Shown here in pieces: positions 1 to 12,000 of a stretch of DNA of 64,000 bases. The position numbers and the translations under genes are program-made. Source of the stretch: Guillardia theta CCMP2712 (lineage: Eukaryota; Protista; Cryptophyta); contig NW_005434631.1 of the NCBI RefSeq assembly GCF_000315625.1, positions 314,169-378,168 of the forward strand, given 5' to 3'. The notes under the pieces are model-generated. The model was not told where the DNA came from. It did no database searches and saw nothing but the letters and a program-made list of their open reading frames with translations. Position 1 is the first letter of the stretch. Every line of letters begins with the position of its first letter.

Positions 1-1
1 C

Positions 2-130
2 TCTGAGATCGAAGAAGCGGGTCTCGATATCTCAGAGCATGGAATCGGTGCCTACGCCAACGAGCTGACGAAAGTGTTTCCCTCCCCTGTGAGCGATGAG
101 GTAACAAAGGTGCAAGTGTCCTATGAGTGA
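2..130 (+). CDS. AMT: Ammonium transporter (Amt/Mep family), C-terminal end; gene starts upstream of the window
   Basis: Frame from nt 2 reads SEIEEAGLDISEHGIGAY...VSYE* (TGA 128-130). EExGLDxxEHGxxAY is the conserved Amt C-terminal motif. Too short for the ORF track. Confidence 0.8.
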   Translation, partial: SEIEEAGLDISEHGIGAYANELTKVFPSPVSDEVTKVQVSYE

Positions 131-546
131 AGTGTGCGCCTCATGTAGTAGTTAACGCCAATCAGCTTTGAAATGTCTTAAAAGTGTAACTGATGAAGAA
201 AACAATAAAGAAATTGATATGAAAATGCTTGCAAACTGTTGTTGTCATTTTTAAAACCTAGCTAGCCCAGCAAGGACATGAATGTTGAAACTAGGTTTAA
301 GTTCTCGATTGACCGGAGCCTCCGACGACTTCCCGGCGCCGGGCCACAGGGCCAGTGCCGTGACTGAAACCGGGCCAGACAGCTAGAAAGTCTTAGGAAG
401 GAGTCAACGAACTCAACTCTGCGAGCTGGAGAAGAAAGAGCGAGGGAGGGGAGCGACAAGAACTTTGAGGTAGAGAGAGGGGGAGACAACAGAGAGATGC
501 GATGGTGCCCGCTGGTTGAGACCTTGTTCCTTGACGGTGCACATCC

Positions 547-3336
547 TTGGTTTCCTATTCGACGGAAAGAGTGCTGATGGTGATGGTAGAAGAGATGATA
601 GTGAAGGAGTTCAAAGTCAATCCCGTCTACCGCAGATGGTTTACAGTCATGTCAGTGGTGATTGTGATTTCTAACTTGCCTCCCACTGATTCTCAAGCTT
701 GCGGTCGCAAGGCTGGCGATCGGGGTTCTCGCTGCTCCTGCAGCAGCTCTGCCTCCCTTTGCGCAGCTATTGGCAGGTATGACGGGAAGTGGAAGGCAGA
801 CGTGACGCAGAGGAGAGGACTCGTTGCCGGCGAGAACTTGTTGATAGCAGTTGGTGTGCATGACCAGGGATCGACGTGTGGATCAAACAAGATGCTACTT
901 GAGGCTCAGCTGCGCCAGGACATGCGCATGCTTGCGATCCAAGACTCTCTTCAGGACCCTGGCCCAACGCCCTCATGCGTACAGTGCGCCTCTTTCACGT
1001 GGACGGACACGACCTCAGGAGTCTATCATGCACTGATCTTGCTGTACAATGTGGAAGGAGAAGAGAGTTTGCAGCTGGAGTTCGCGTTCGACGACTTCGT
1101 TCACGTCGGGAACGCTTCATCATCTGCCTCGTTGACCATGGAGCATGTGGCGATGGAAGGAGGAAGCGTTCGGATGCACATCAACGTCAGGAGTGAAGTC
1201 AGAGATCGATTCTTGCTCACAGTCTTCTTCACAGACATGAGCTCTCTTGCGCAATGGACAGGAATGGCCATGATACAAGTGAAGGCAGTAGAGCAGTCTG
1301 AGATCATGCGCATCAGGGCACCAGCTGGGAGACACTTTCTGGTGCTGGCGACTCTTTGTCAGCTTTCCCTCCATCCTCTCATCGATGATCGGGAGTCGCT
1401 GGCTACTGCTTCCTGTGCTCGGGTCTGTTCCTTGGAGGAGAATGGAAGTGCGATAGACGACGTTGCTCATCACGCTCCGCCCGCAGCATTTCCAGCTCCT
1501 CATCCTGAAGACGTCTTGTGCAGCCTTCAGCTCTACGTGACGCCTCTACAGCCCCGAGCAGGATGGCCTTTCACAATGTCAGCTGTGGCGTTGGGCTTGG
1601 TCTCAGGCTGCAGGTACAAGGTTGTCACGTCGGTTCGGTTACGACAAAACAACAATGCGGCCTTCGAAGAGAGTAAAACAGTCAACGGCTCCAACATGCC
1701 AGCTACCCTCAACTTCTCCGTCGCTTCATGCTGGCCTGGCGACATAGTAGTGAGGGTGATGCTCTACGACGACAGCGCGATGCAGTCACAGGATTCTGTT
1801 CTCTCGATCATCTCCAGACATTTTCTCTCCGTTGCACCTTGTGAGGTTTCCTACGCCTGGTCCTCTTCGAAGCAACCTCTCTTCCTCGGGTCGATGCCCT
1901 ACGGTCAATCGCCCTTGGCGGGTAATGTTCGCGTCAGTGAATGTCAGCAGGAGGAGGAGCTTAGCCTGACCCTGGCGACGTTTGCTACTCTCGAGACGGC
2001 ATCTCAACTTATCAACTCAGCAGCTCAGTGGCACCAGGAAATGGCAGTTGCTTTCTATGCTAGAAGCGCATCAGAGCATGCTGACATCTTGGCGCTCGTC
2101 CAGCAACAGCTGGGGCCATGGTTCGAGAGAAGGAACAAGTCGCTTGAGGCGACTGTACTGACGTCCTGCCCTGACCCGAGGAGTAAAGATAAACCCCTCG
2201 ACTGCCCTACCAACATGCTGCGTAAGATCGCTTGCTCAATTGCCAAGAGCAACATGGTCTTGAACGCCGACGTGGACATGCTGGCTTCGGACGAGCTCGC
2301 TGACCATATAAGGAAAGCTCGCGGGGATGGCTGGATGGGGAGGGGCGAGCTGTTGGTGATCCCGTCCTTCAGGTCGGCAGGCAGCTGGCCTCGCGCAGTG
2401 AAGACTCATTTCGATAGTCATCAACTGACGGTCAAACCTGCCGCCATCACCATGGAGGACCTCAAGGCTGCGCTGCTACGCTGTGAGCTGCTGCTCCCCC
2501 TGCTGGGCTGTGGCATGTGGTCCCCATCGACCAGATGGTCAGAGAACGCTGTCTTCCACGCCCCCACCGAGTACGGCAGGTGGATGGAGGCAGAGGAGGT
2601 ATACGAGGTGGACTATCTGCTGGGTTACGAGCCTTCCTTTGTGGTGGATCGAAGGGCATGGGTAGGAGGTCAAGGAGCAGGTATGTATGACGACCGGTTC
2701 GAGCAAGGAGGGTGGGACAAGGCATCAGTCACCTTCGAGGCCGCGTACTTGGGCTACACCTTCAAGGTGCTTCCTAAGGGCTTCCTGGTTGGCTCTTCCC
2801 CCTCCTCAGCGCGGCAGACGTCGAAGGCTCTGTCGCTGCCCCTGCCTGCGAGCAAGGATACAGGCTCTGTGGCCGCGGACCCGCACGGGCAGTGGCTGAT
2901 GGAAAGGATAGTGAACAACGTCTGGACTGACACGCAGCGGAAGGTAGCGATCAGGTCGTGTGTGGTGAAGGCCTTCAAGGACACAAACTGCGACGTTGAG
3001 CGCCTTCGGCTGGTCCCGAGCGAGGAGATGGAGCGAGTGGGAGGGGGTCACGAGCTGAAGGTCGAGCTCTTCGGGCTGCCGAGAAGCGTAGGGCTGCTCC
3101 TGTCGGTCTACAGGCCGACAAACAAGGTCGACAGAGAAGCTCTGGCGTTCCACCTCCTCCTGCCGCAAGATGAGCCGGAGGAGCCTCGCAGAGTCGTTAT
3201 CACCCTGGGGAAGCTTGCTGCAGGGAGCCAAGTGCTTCGGATCGAGCTCAGGGACTTGCAAGCTAGCAAGCTGATGCAAAATCATGTTGGCGCGATCCTT
3301 GCAGCACAAGAGCACCGGTTTCTCCTCCATGCCTGA
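547..3336 (+). CDS. Glycosyltransferase family 49 (LARGE/B4GAT1-like) protein with extra N- and C-terminal domains; apparently intronless, true start uncertain
   Basis: 929-aa ORF with GT49-type motifs PTNMLRKIA, VLNADVDM (DxD), LLVIPSF, YEPSFVV and YDDRFEQGGWDKASVTFEAAYLGYTFKVLP. Hydrophobic N-terminal segment. Confidence 0.75.
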   Translation: MVSYSTERVLMVMVEEMIVKEFKVNPVYRRWFTVMSVVIVISNLPPTDSQACGRKAGDRGSRCSCSSSASLCAAIGRYDGKWKADVTQRRGLVAGENLLIAVGVHDQGSTCGSNKMLLEAQLRQDMRMLAIQDSLQDPGPTPSCVQCASFTWTDTTSGVYHALILLYNVEGEESLQLEFAFDDFVHVGNASSSASLTMEHVAMEGGSVRMHINVRSEVRDRFLLTVFFTDMSSLAQWTGMAMIQVKAVEQSEIMRIRAPAGRHFLVLATLCQLSLHPLIDDRESLATASCARVCSLEENGSAIDDVAHHAPPAAFPAPHPEDVLCSLQLYVTPLQPRAGWPFTMSAVALGLVSGCRYKVVTSVRLRQNNNAAFEESKTVNGSNMPATLNFSVASCWPGDIVVRVMLYDDSAMQSQDSVLSIISRHFLSVAPCEVSYAWSSSKQPLFLGSMPYGQSPLAGNVRVSECQQEEELSLTLATFATLETASQLINSAAQWHQEMAVAFYARSASEHADILALVQQQLGPWFERRNKSLEATVLTSCPDPRSKDKPLDCPTNMLRKIACSIAKSNMVLNADVDMLASDELADHIRKARGDGWMGRGELLVIPSFRSAGSWPRAVKTHFDSHQLTVKPAAITMEDLKAALLRCELLLPLLGCGMWSPSTRWSENAVFHAPTEYGRWMEAEEVYEVDYLLGYEPSFVVDRRAWVGGQGAGMYDDRFEQGGWDKASVTFEAAYLGYTFKVLPKGFLVGSSPSSARQTSKALSLPLPASKDTGSVAADPHGQWLMERIVNNVWTDTQRKVAIRSCVVKAFKDTNCDVERLRLVPSEEMERVGGGHELKVELFGLPRSVGLLLSVYRPTNKVDREALAFHLLLPQDEPEEPRRVVITLGKLAAGSQVLRIELRDLQASKLMQNHVGAILAAQEHRFLLHA

Positions 3337-3348
3337 CGGTGAGGCCCT

Positions 3349-3404
<56 letters not shown>
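3349..3404. repeat. (ACTCTC)n hexanucleotide microsatellite, about 9 copies
   Basis: Perfect tandem repeat read directly, about 12 nt after the GT49 stop codon. Confidence 0.95.
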
Positions 3405-3405
<1 letters not shown>

Positions 3406-4879
3406 ATCATGGCATGACTGACTAACTTGGACTCCTCACAGTTCCTGATCGAACTGTCTGTCTCAGTGGCGGCACGACTTCGATCGGACTCGTCAAGCTT
3501 GTCACCGTCACTGCACCGTCGTGCGCTTGATTGACTCAGTGAGTGGAATGCCAAAGTTTGGGGCGGCAGCCGTACTAGTACTTACACTGGCCAATGTAGT
3601 CATAACCAGTAACTGATATCAGTCAGTTAGCTGTCAGTGAAAGCGCAATCGTAACTCTACTGATGCACTGCCGGCTACATTCACTGTTATCATGGCGTAC
3701 ACGTGACGGAGTCCTACCATTGTCCTCGTACTGATTTTTAACTTAACTTTGAGTAAAGAGAGTGACCGGGTCGTTGACGGATAACGGTTAAGTGCAAGCG
3801 CGCCTCAGACACCTCCTCGTGGCAAGAGTCTTGAAATGCAAGAAGGGTAGCGCAGGATGTACCCCAGGAATCCTGAGAGTACCCCTCCTTTCCCCCCTTG
3901 GGCCTATGAATTAGTGACCCCCTACCCCTTGTCATCGACGCACTACCCTCTGTTTTCCGACCCTAAGATACCGCCCACCCACCTTACACCTGGTAAAAGC
4001 ACCGGTACTCGTGACTCAGGTTGGCCTCGTCAACTCGCAGGTGCCACTTCATAATAAGCAGCAGTTTTCCGACCATGGGGGTGGACAGAATCTTGTTAAA
4101 ATTTCGATTTTTATCTTATTATTTCAAATTAGCTCAAACAATTACTGGAAACAATCTTCAAATTTTGAACATGTTGAGTACCTACTAGCAATACGACCAC
4201 CCCTGTTATCTCCTCGTCCTCGAAGTGTTAGCAGTGCTAATACAACCCACCCCCTGTATGGAAAGTTTACAAGTAGGGGTAGGATAACCATCAAGGGTGG
4301 TGGAAAATGTCAAAAGAGAAAAACATAGGGTAGGGTACGATTAAGGGTGGGTACACTCAAGACTAGAGCAGGGTTAAAAATAGGTCAAGCAAGGTGAAAA
4401 TACGGTAGGGTGGTTGCAGGGGTGCTCATAAGAAGGGTGGGTGTCTTCGAAGGGGGGTGCTGATGATAGAGGGGTAGTTGTCATCTTCAATCTGTGAAAC
4501 GCACATCAAACATGGGAGAACGCAGGAGAACAAGAGGCACCAGAGGAGGGAGGGAGAGAGCGATAGATGGAGATGAGGTGAGGGTGAGAGAGGAACGTCT
4601 GGGAAGTCATGGAGGAACAGTGATCGGATTGCGAAGGAGAGAGGGGGGGAGGCAGTTCCTTGTACCATAGAGCAGGAAGGATTGAAGGTAGAAATCCAGA
4701 AGCGCTCGTCGTGGGTGTGTTGCACAGAGTTCAGTGGTAATTGACGTGTTGTAGTCTCTCACATGTTTTCCAATGCAAGATTGAAATCATCATTCATTCA
4801 CTGAATGATTTTTCCAAACAGATTTCTTGACCTTGTAAGTGCATTTGAAGCGTGGGAGGATCTGGGGCCGCAAGACTGA

Positions 4880-5938
4880 ATGAGCAACCGGGCAACGATG
4901 AAACCTTTCAAAGAGGATGCTCTGAGCGTGCTTGACCAAGATCCTGGCTCAATACCCCATCACCTGATCAAACACCTCATGGAATTAGATGCCGCCAATC
5001 AACAAGGATTGGTCGCAGTCATTGCAAGAAAACTGGAACAAGCGATACAATATGTCAGTCTGCGATGATTCATTTCTGTCCATCCTGACGTGCTTTGAAG
5101 GGTGACAATATGTCTTCGGGGAACATGCGCACTTCACTGCCTTCTTTTGTCGGATCAAAACCTCCCATGACGATCTCGGCTTTCATTCAGAGGTGCTGAT
5201 TCGGCCTTCCTCACTCACTCCATACCTCCCACTTTCCCTCGTTTCTCCTCCCGTATCCTCTCATCGCTGCCAGCAAAAGACTGATATGATTTTCTCGCAC
5301 TCAGGATCGAGAGGTATAGCTCAGCGAGCCCGTGCTGCTACGCGATCTCTTTGATCTACTTGGAGCGGCTGAAACGGCGAGCTCCCGACATCTTTCTGAA
5401 CAGTCACAACTGGCAGCGGTTGATCTTGGTGTCGATGATGCTGGCAACCAAGACCTTCGACGACAAGTATTACAGCAACAAAGTGTGGGGGAAGATTGGG
5501 GGGATCACCACTGCTGAGCTCAACAACCTAGAGTTAGAATTCTTGAACCTAATGGGATGGAGAATGCAGTTGAATCGAGATGAGTACGAGTGGTATGCGG
5601 AGGAACTGAGGGCCGATCCTCTCTTCAACTCTACGGCCCCTCTTTCGGACATGTTCGTTGCCTGCTCGATCTCCAGCCCTCATGTCAGGGTGAGGAAGGC
5701 AGCTGGAGAGGATGCGCAGCTGTATCAGGAAGGAAGCAGGTCAGCTCTACAGCAGGAGGAGAACTTCCTTTCTGCTCGTACGACTCCCAGCTCGAGTCTC
5801 AACAATCCCAAGCTCAACTCCAACGGCTCAGCTGTGGGCAAGCACAAGCAAGACATCTTCAAGGGCTCGACTGGCATGACGCGGGGAGAGGCTCGGAGGA
5901 AACTCGAAGGTCCAGGGGAAGTCACGCAGAGGACGTGA
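4880..5938 (+). CDS. Cyclin, PHO80-like / plant P(U)-type; exons ~4880-5053, 5101-5192, 5305-5938
   Basis: Spliced product PPMTISAFIQRIERYSSASPCCYAISLIYLERL...NWQRLILVSMMLATKTFDDKYYSNKVWGKIGGITTAELNNLELEFL is a typical cyclin-U box. Two GT-AG introns keep the frame. Confidence 0.88.
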
Positions 5939-6029
5939 GAGGCATAGACGGATCAAAGATCCGTCATCTCAGATCTGATGCATCAGATCCGTTATTCTTT
6001 GACGCGTTTCCTCCACAGGGGTCTCTTTG

Positions 6030-9000
6030 TATATAAAAGCTGACAAGGTTTGACCCGCCCTCACCTCCCGCTCTGTCCTATCCTGATTCCTTTCTCCTGC
6101 GTCAACCCATACGACATCTGCAGCTCAGTCAGTCGCCTCGTCCTCACCACAAGCGGGTCATCACGAAGGAGAAGAAGTCTTGCGAGCTTGGACTGTCGAA
6201 TGGTTGGTCATGAAGGATGACCTGCAAGCCTTTTGTCACACATCTTCCCCTCTTTCGCCTTCGCTTCCTCTCCCCCTCCTACCCGCCCACCGCCTCCTCC
6301 TCGTCCTCCTCCTCATCTCCCTCTCCCTGGCCATCTCCCTCCCCCTTCCCCTCTCTTCATGCAACTTGCTTATCTTAACATTCACCCTCTCCTTCATCAT
6401 CCTCCCCTCATTCCTATTCTCCTCCGTCTCCACGTTACCAGGCGCGGATCGCGGGGAGCAAGGTCATCGGTGAGCATAAGCTCTCCTCGGCTGATCCTCT
6501 GCAGCTCTTGCTCGCTGCCATGACGTCACAAGCAGTCGGGAAGGGTAAAAAGTCACCGGCCGTTCCAGTACATCTGCCAGTCTTTCTCGACATGCAGCCT
6601 TCCAGCGGGTTAGCGAATCTTGCTGCCTCCCTTCCCACTCATGCTCCTTGTCTGCAGTCTAGACTCCATCCCTCCTCCCTCCTCCCTCCTCCCTCCTCCC
6701 TCCACCACACATCATACCCAGAGCGCTGGGCGACTCGCAACATGACATCTTCGAACTGCAAAGTCGCATGAGGAGGTGATTGCGAGGAGTTTAGATCACT
6801 TTGTCGTTCTTGAAGACAGGAACGAGACAAGGGTCTCCGGTCGGTTTGATCATACTCGCCTGTTATCAACGCTAAGCGCATGGCGAAAACGGAAGGAAGG
6901 AATGGAGGAGGAAGGAAATCGCAGAGCGAACTACAAGGAAGGAGGAAAAAGATAAAAGGGCAAGCAGACGGCAGAGCAGGATAAGGGGAGCAAGAGGAGG
7001 TGGGACGAGGTAGAGGGCAACTCACAGTCTGTACGTGATGAAACACTGGAACGTTGAGGACATCAGGATTGGCGTCGTACCACTCGAGACGAAGAAGGTA
7101 AGTAGAGTTGATGGAAGACAGCTGCAGGAGCAAGTTAGGGGCGCAAAATGAAATAGAGAAACAGGAGGAGAGAAGAGGAGCTGAGCAAGAAGAAGATGAA
7201 GGGAATGGCGTTGTTTTCACCATCGTTTTCTCGCCGAACACGTTGACTATTTCTGAGCACAAATGAGAATCAGCCAACCAGAGGGAGGAGATAGAAGGAA
7301 GGCGGGGAGGACGGAGGGAGGGAAGAAGTGAGCGAGACGGCGAAAGTTTGAGTTTCTCACAGTGACGTAAAGAGAGGGCTGAGGAGGAGGGCAGGGGAGA
7401 AGGAGGAGGGATAGGAGGGAGTTACCATGATCCTTCAGCTGCGTTAGACAGAGTCTGAGCTCTGGCTTGTAGTTCAAATCTCTACTAGCTGACTCCCTTC
7501 CCGATCCTCGAGGAAAAATCCCACCGAGAAAGTCCTGCAGAAGCTCAGCCCCTCAGGTACTCACTGTACTTCCTCCGCCCTTACCCCCCTCGCATCCTCC
7601 TCCTCCTCCTCCTCCTCCTCCTCCTCCTCCTCCTCCTCCTCCTCCTCCTCCCCGTCTCTTCTTACCCGCACTGGCGGAGGTTCGAGAGGACACTCCATCG
7701 ACTTGCACTTGGACTGAACCTGCCATGCGCGTATGAACTCCTCGATCCTCACCTCCGTTCAAGTCTGAACCCCAATCCAGCTCAAAACCTTCCTCCCCTT
7801 CCCTCCCTCCCTCCCTCCCCTCCCTCTCTCACTCCCTCGACTCCTTCCCTGCCTCCCTCCCTCCCTCCGCACTCTTTCCTCACCAGCTCTATGAATTTCC
7901 CGACTGTGCATTCCTCGATATTGGCGACCGGCACCTGCTCCCCCTCAGCTCTCATCGCGACTTCCTCCCCCTACCTGCACGAGAGCTCCGCGCAGGCTCC
8001 CGCTCCTCCTCTCGCTCTTGGATCGGCTGGTGCCATTCTCCTCCTGCGATCGAGACTTGCCATCCCTCTGCCCGGCAACCCCATAGCCATCGGGCAGGAG
8101 CACCTGTAGAGTCCTGTGAGCCTCCCAGGAACGAGAAGGCAGACAAGCAAAGGAGGCAGGGAGAGAGCAGGAAGAGAGCAGGAAGCAGTAGAAAGGAGAT
8201 ATGAAGGAGAGTGGAGGAAGAAGCAGGAGAAAGAAGCACGAGGGAGGAAGCAGGGAGGAGGAAGGAAGGGAGGAAGAAGGGAGGGAGGAAGAAGGAAGGG
8301 AGGAGGAAGGGAGGGAGGAGGAAGGGAGGGAGGAGGAAGGGGGGGAGGGAGGATCATCTGATCAGACCGGGACTGAGGAAGGGAGTGAGGTCATCTCGCT
8401 CTTGTTGGCCATGACATGCCGAGGGATCTGCTCGCGCAGTCAGCAGCATAACGGGCATAACGGACGAGCTTCCAGCCCTCACCTCCATCTTCTCCGTGTC
8501 CATGAGTGCTGGCAGGCAGGAGCTCTTGAGGTAGACCAGCATGTACGCGCTGCTCTGCTCGTCATCCCCGTCAAAACGCGCGAGTTCAGACCTGCGGGAC
8601 CGCATGCTCGCCATGGGCCGCCCCATGGAGTAGACGGAAGGGGTGTCGCCTCCGAAGTTGGCAGACATGGCGTCGTCTTGCGAGACAGGGCGAACCTGTA
8701 GGAGGGAACTAACTCAGCTTTCCTCCTCTTCGTGCTTCTTCTTTCCCAACCTCCTCTTTCCTCCCTTTCTCTTTCTCCCCCTCCTCCTTTTCTCGTCCTC
8801 CACCACCACCACTTCCCACTCTTGCTCCCGCTTGCCTGGTCATCGTCGAACTTATACCACTGCACTCCTCCCGCTTCTTTCCTCTCTCCTCCTTTTCTCC
8901 CCAGGTCCGGCCGGATGAAAGCGTAGTAGTGTCCTCCTTGCGAATAACCTGAAAGCTCGTCATACTTCATCGACTCCTTCCTATCGCTCCTTCCCAACCT

Positions 9001-12000
9001 CAATCCCCCTCACCACCGCCACCCCCAACTCTCCATGCCCTCCTTCTCGCTGAGCGCCATTCATCCTCCTCCTCCTCCTCCTCTCCGCTGTATCTCTTCC
9101 GCTTCACGCTCTTATTCTACCTGAGTGTACCACGACCGAGTGCAGGATGTAGTTAGCCGGTCCCGTGGGATCGACTGGTTCAGATTTGTCCATGAATTCT
9201 GCAAGCAAATGAGAAATAAGAACAAGACAGTGGAGAGGAAGGAGGGCAAGAGTTGGAAGGGAAGGTGGGAGGGAAGAGGGGGGGCAGCTGAGACGGGAGG
9301 AGGAGGAGGAGGAGGAGGAGGAGGAGGAGGAGGAGGAGGAGGAGGAGGAGGAGGAGGAGAAGCGGGTACCTGTAAGATCGAGCTCCTCCGGGAATTCAAA
9401 GCGGCTGTTGATTTTCTCCGCGAAGCCTAAAGTGGGAGAGAACTGAACTCGCTGCAGGTTGACGATGAGAATGGGGGGAGCCCTGAAGGGCCTCGTCATG
9501 TCGATTGTATTCCTGCGAGTCGACATCGCTCCTCCTGCCTCGTTCCTCCTCACAATCTCTTCCTTGTCTTGCCTTTCTTCCTTGCGTCTCCCTCCTGCAC
9601 TTCCCAACCCGATGATTCTCTCTGCCGGCTCTTTCGTCCGCCTGCATCCTTGCTCTGACTTGCCTCCTCTCTCACTTCTCCTGCCTTGATCCTCTCCCCT
9701 TGTACCATCACCATCTCTCCTTCCCAGTTTCTTGCTCACCGCTTGAACAGCAAACTTCGCTCGATCTGTTGTATTCCGTATCCAACATTCTCGCTCTTCT
9801 CCATCTCAGCGATTTTGGCTTCAAGCTCATTTGCCTGCACAAGATATCAGCAAAGAGAGCAGAAGAGAAGGTTGGGGACAAGGCTGTGGTGAAGGAAGAA
9901 CAGACACGGAAAGGGGGGGGCGGGGGGGGGGGGGAATCCGAGGAGGAGGAGGAGGAGGAGGAGGAGAGATAGAAGAGATCTTGCCTTCTCCGCGTCTCCT
10001 TTTTTCTTGGCTTTCTCTAGCTCGCCCTTCAGCTCCTGATAATCGGCACTGGAAGCAAAGTGACCAATTTCACTGAAAATCAAAACCGATCTTATCTTCA
10101 ATTCTCATCATTATCACCATTATCATCTCGTGAACACAGCAAGAACAGGAGAAGCAAATGAAACAGGAGGAGGAGGAGGAGGAGGAGGAGGAGGAGGAGG
10201 AGGAGGAGGAGGAACCTTGTGTTGTATCCATCGATGATCTCCTTGCCTGTCATGCTCTGTCCCATCAATCAGATCAGCTTCATCTCTTTGATGCTCCTCA
10301 CCTTGAGCGCTTCTGAGATGTTGTGACACTCACGAATGTGATGAATCATCAGCGGCTGACAAGATCATCGTCAACATCAGCGTCGGGTGTACAATCCTCC
10401 TCGTTGTGATCGCGATTGTCATCAGCAGGATTATCTTTGTCAGCGCCGTAACCTCTGTCACCGACTCCTCCTTGTAGTTCTTCTGCCCCTGCTCCTGCTC
10501 ATGCCCCTGCTCCTGCCCCTGCTCCTGCTCCTGCTCATCCTCCTCTGATCTTACTCCATCTCCTCCTCCTCCTCCCCTCCTCCTCCTCCTCCTCTTGATT
10601 GGCTTTATGGGATTGCGGGCTAAATGTCTTTGATTTCATGTAAGTTAAACTCACTGTCCTACATGCACTTCTAATGGGTAAGCGTTGGTTGATTTAACCG
10701 CTGAATGAACTCCCCTTAGGTGAACCATGGAAAAAAACAACTATGACTTTTTGAAGGTCCTATGACCGGCAGCAACTGGAATCTGACCNNNNNNNNNNNN
10801 NNNNNNNNNNNNNNNNNNNNNNNNNNNNNNNNNNNNNNNNNNNNNNNNNNNNNNNNNNNNNNNNNNNNNNNNNNNNNNNNNNNNNNNNCCTCCTTCATAC
10901 CTTGAGCAGGACCTGCAGCGCCGCCTCCGTGGCGTTGTTCGCTACCTCAGGGCTGATGCTCTGGCAGAGGAAAGGCTACTTGCGCCATGACCTGACTTGC
11001 CTCTCTGATGTTCTTCTTGTCGTTCGATGTATCCGAACTGGACGCCTATCGCCAACGGTCAACAACAGCCTGTGGCAATTTTACAGGAGAGCTACTTGTT
11101 CCTCAAGGAATCGATCCTCAATGGGAAGGCGCAGGAAGTCCTCCTCCTCCTCCTCCTCCTCAGAAGCGGGAGGCCCCCCCCCCCTCCCCCCCCCAATTTG
11201 ACTCCTCCTTCTCCTTCTCCATTACCCAGTGAGGCGGCTCGTCTCGAGTTTTCAACCATTTCGCTGAGTCCGGCGAGGGTTTGTGGATCCTGTCAACAAG
11301 CTCAGCCTCTACCACATGCATCATCTCCTTCAGCCTCTACCACATGCATCATCGCCCTCATCCTCTACCACATGCATCATCGCACGCACCTGTCGAAGTA
11401 TCGATGCTCCAGCCCGCACAGCCTCGTGATCTCCCCCTAGAGAGACTTCACTTGGATACGCCCGTCGAGACACAGGGTGGGCGGTAGACATATGGGCAGA
11501 GACGGGAAGGAGGGGAAGGAGAAATCAACCTTGACCGGCGTGTTCTTCATGTTCTCCTCAATGGTTTCGAGGAAGATATTCACAAACTCTCCGACGTCCT
11601 GATACGAGCATTCAGACAGAGCCGACTCGCCATAGAGCCGAACCTGCTGAGTGAGGGTGTCGCTAGAGTCCCATCCGAAGGAAGCGATCAGCTGCCGAGC
11701 AGGAGCCTAAAGTCACCCGAGCAGGCATCGGCAAGCGCACAACTCACCTCAGTTACCGACGACGGCTTCTCCTCCTTCGCATCTACTTCCATCTGGTAGA
11801 GCAAGCGTTGTAGGGCCAACATGACGCCAGCCTGCGGGGAGCGAGGGAGCAGGTGAGGAGCGAGGAAGCGCTCGAGGTGGAGCTGCTCTACCTTGTTCGT
11901 GGCTTCGGGACGATCGCTGGGAGAGGTTGGGATCTGGAAGATCACTCTCCTGGACGTCGTGGAGATGTCAAACAGAGCAATTTTTGACCTCAGCATCGAA

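Noticed and set aside
1-37. Inverted repeat CTCTGAGAT...ATCTCAGAG
   Set aside because: Short, inside Amt coding sequence, truncated by the window edge, and plausibly chance.
6180-10330. Many short ORFs with poly-E/G/P/S/R tracts on both strands
   Set aside because: They are translations of intronic microsatellites or antisense frames of USP exons.
10605-10788. Compositionally distinct AT-rich segment inside the USP gene
   Set aside because: It abuts an assembly gap and is most likely a low-quality contig end.
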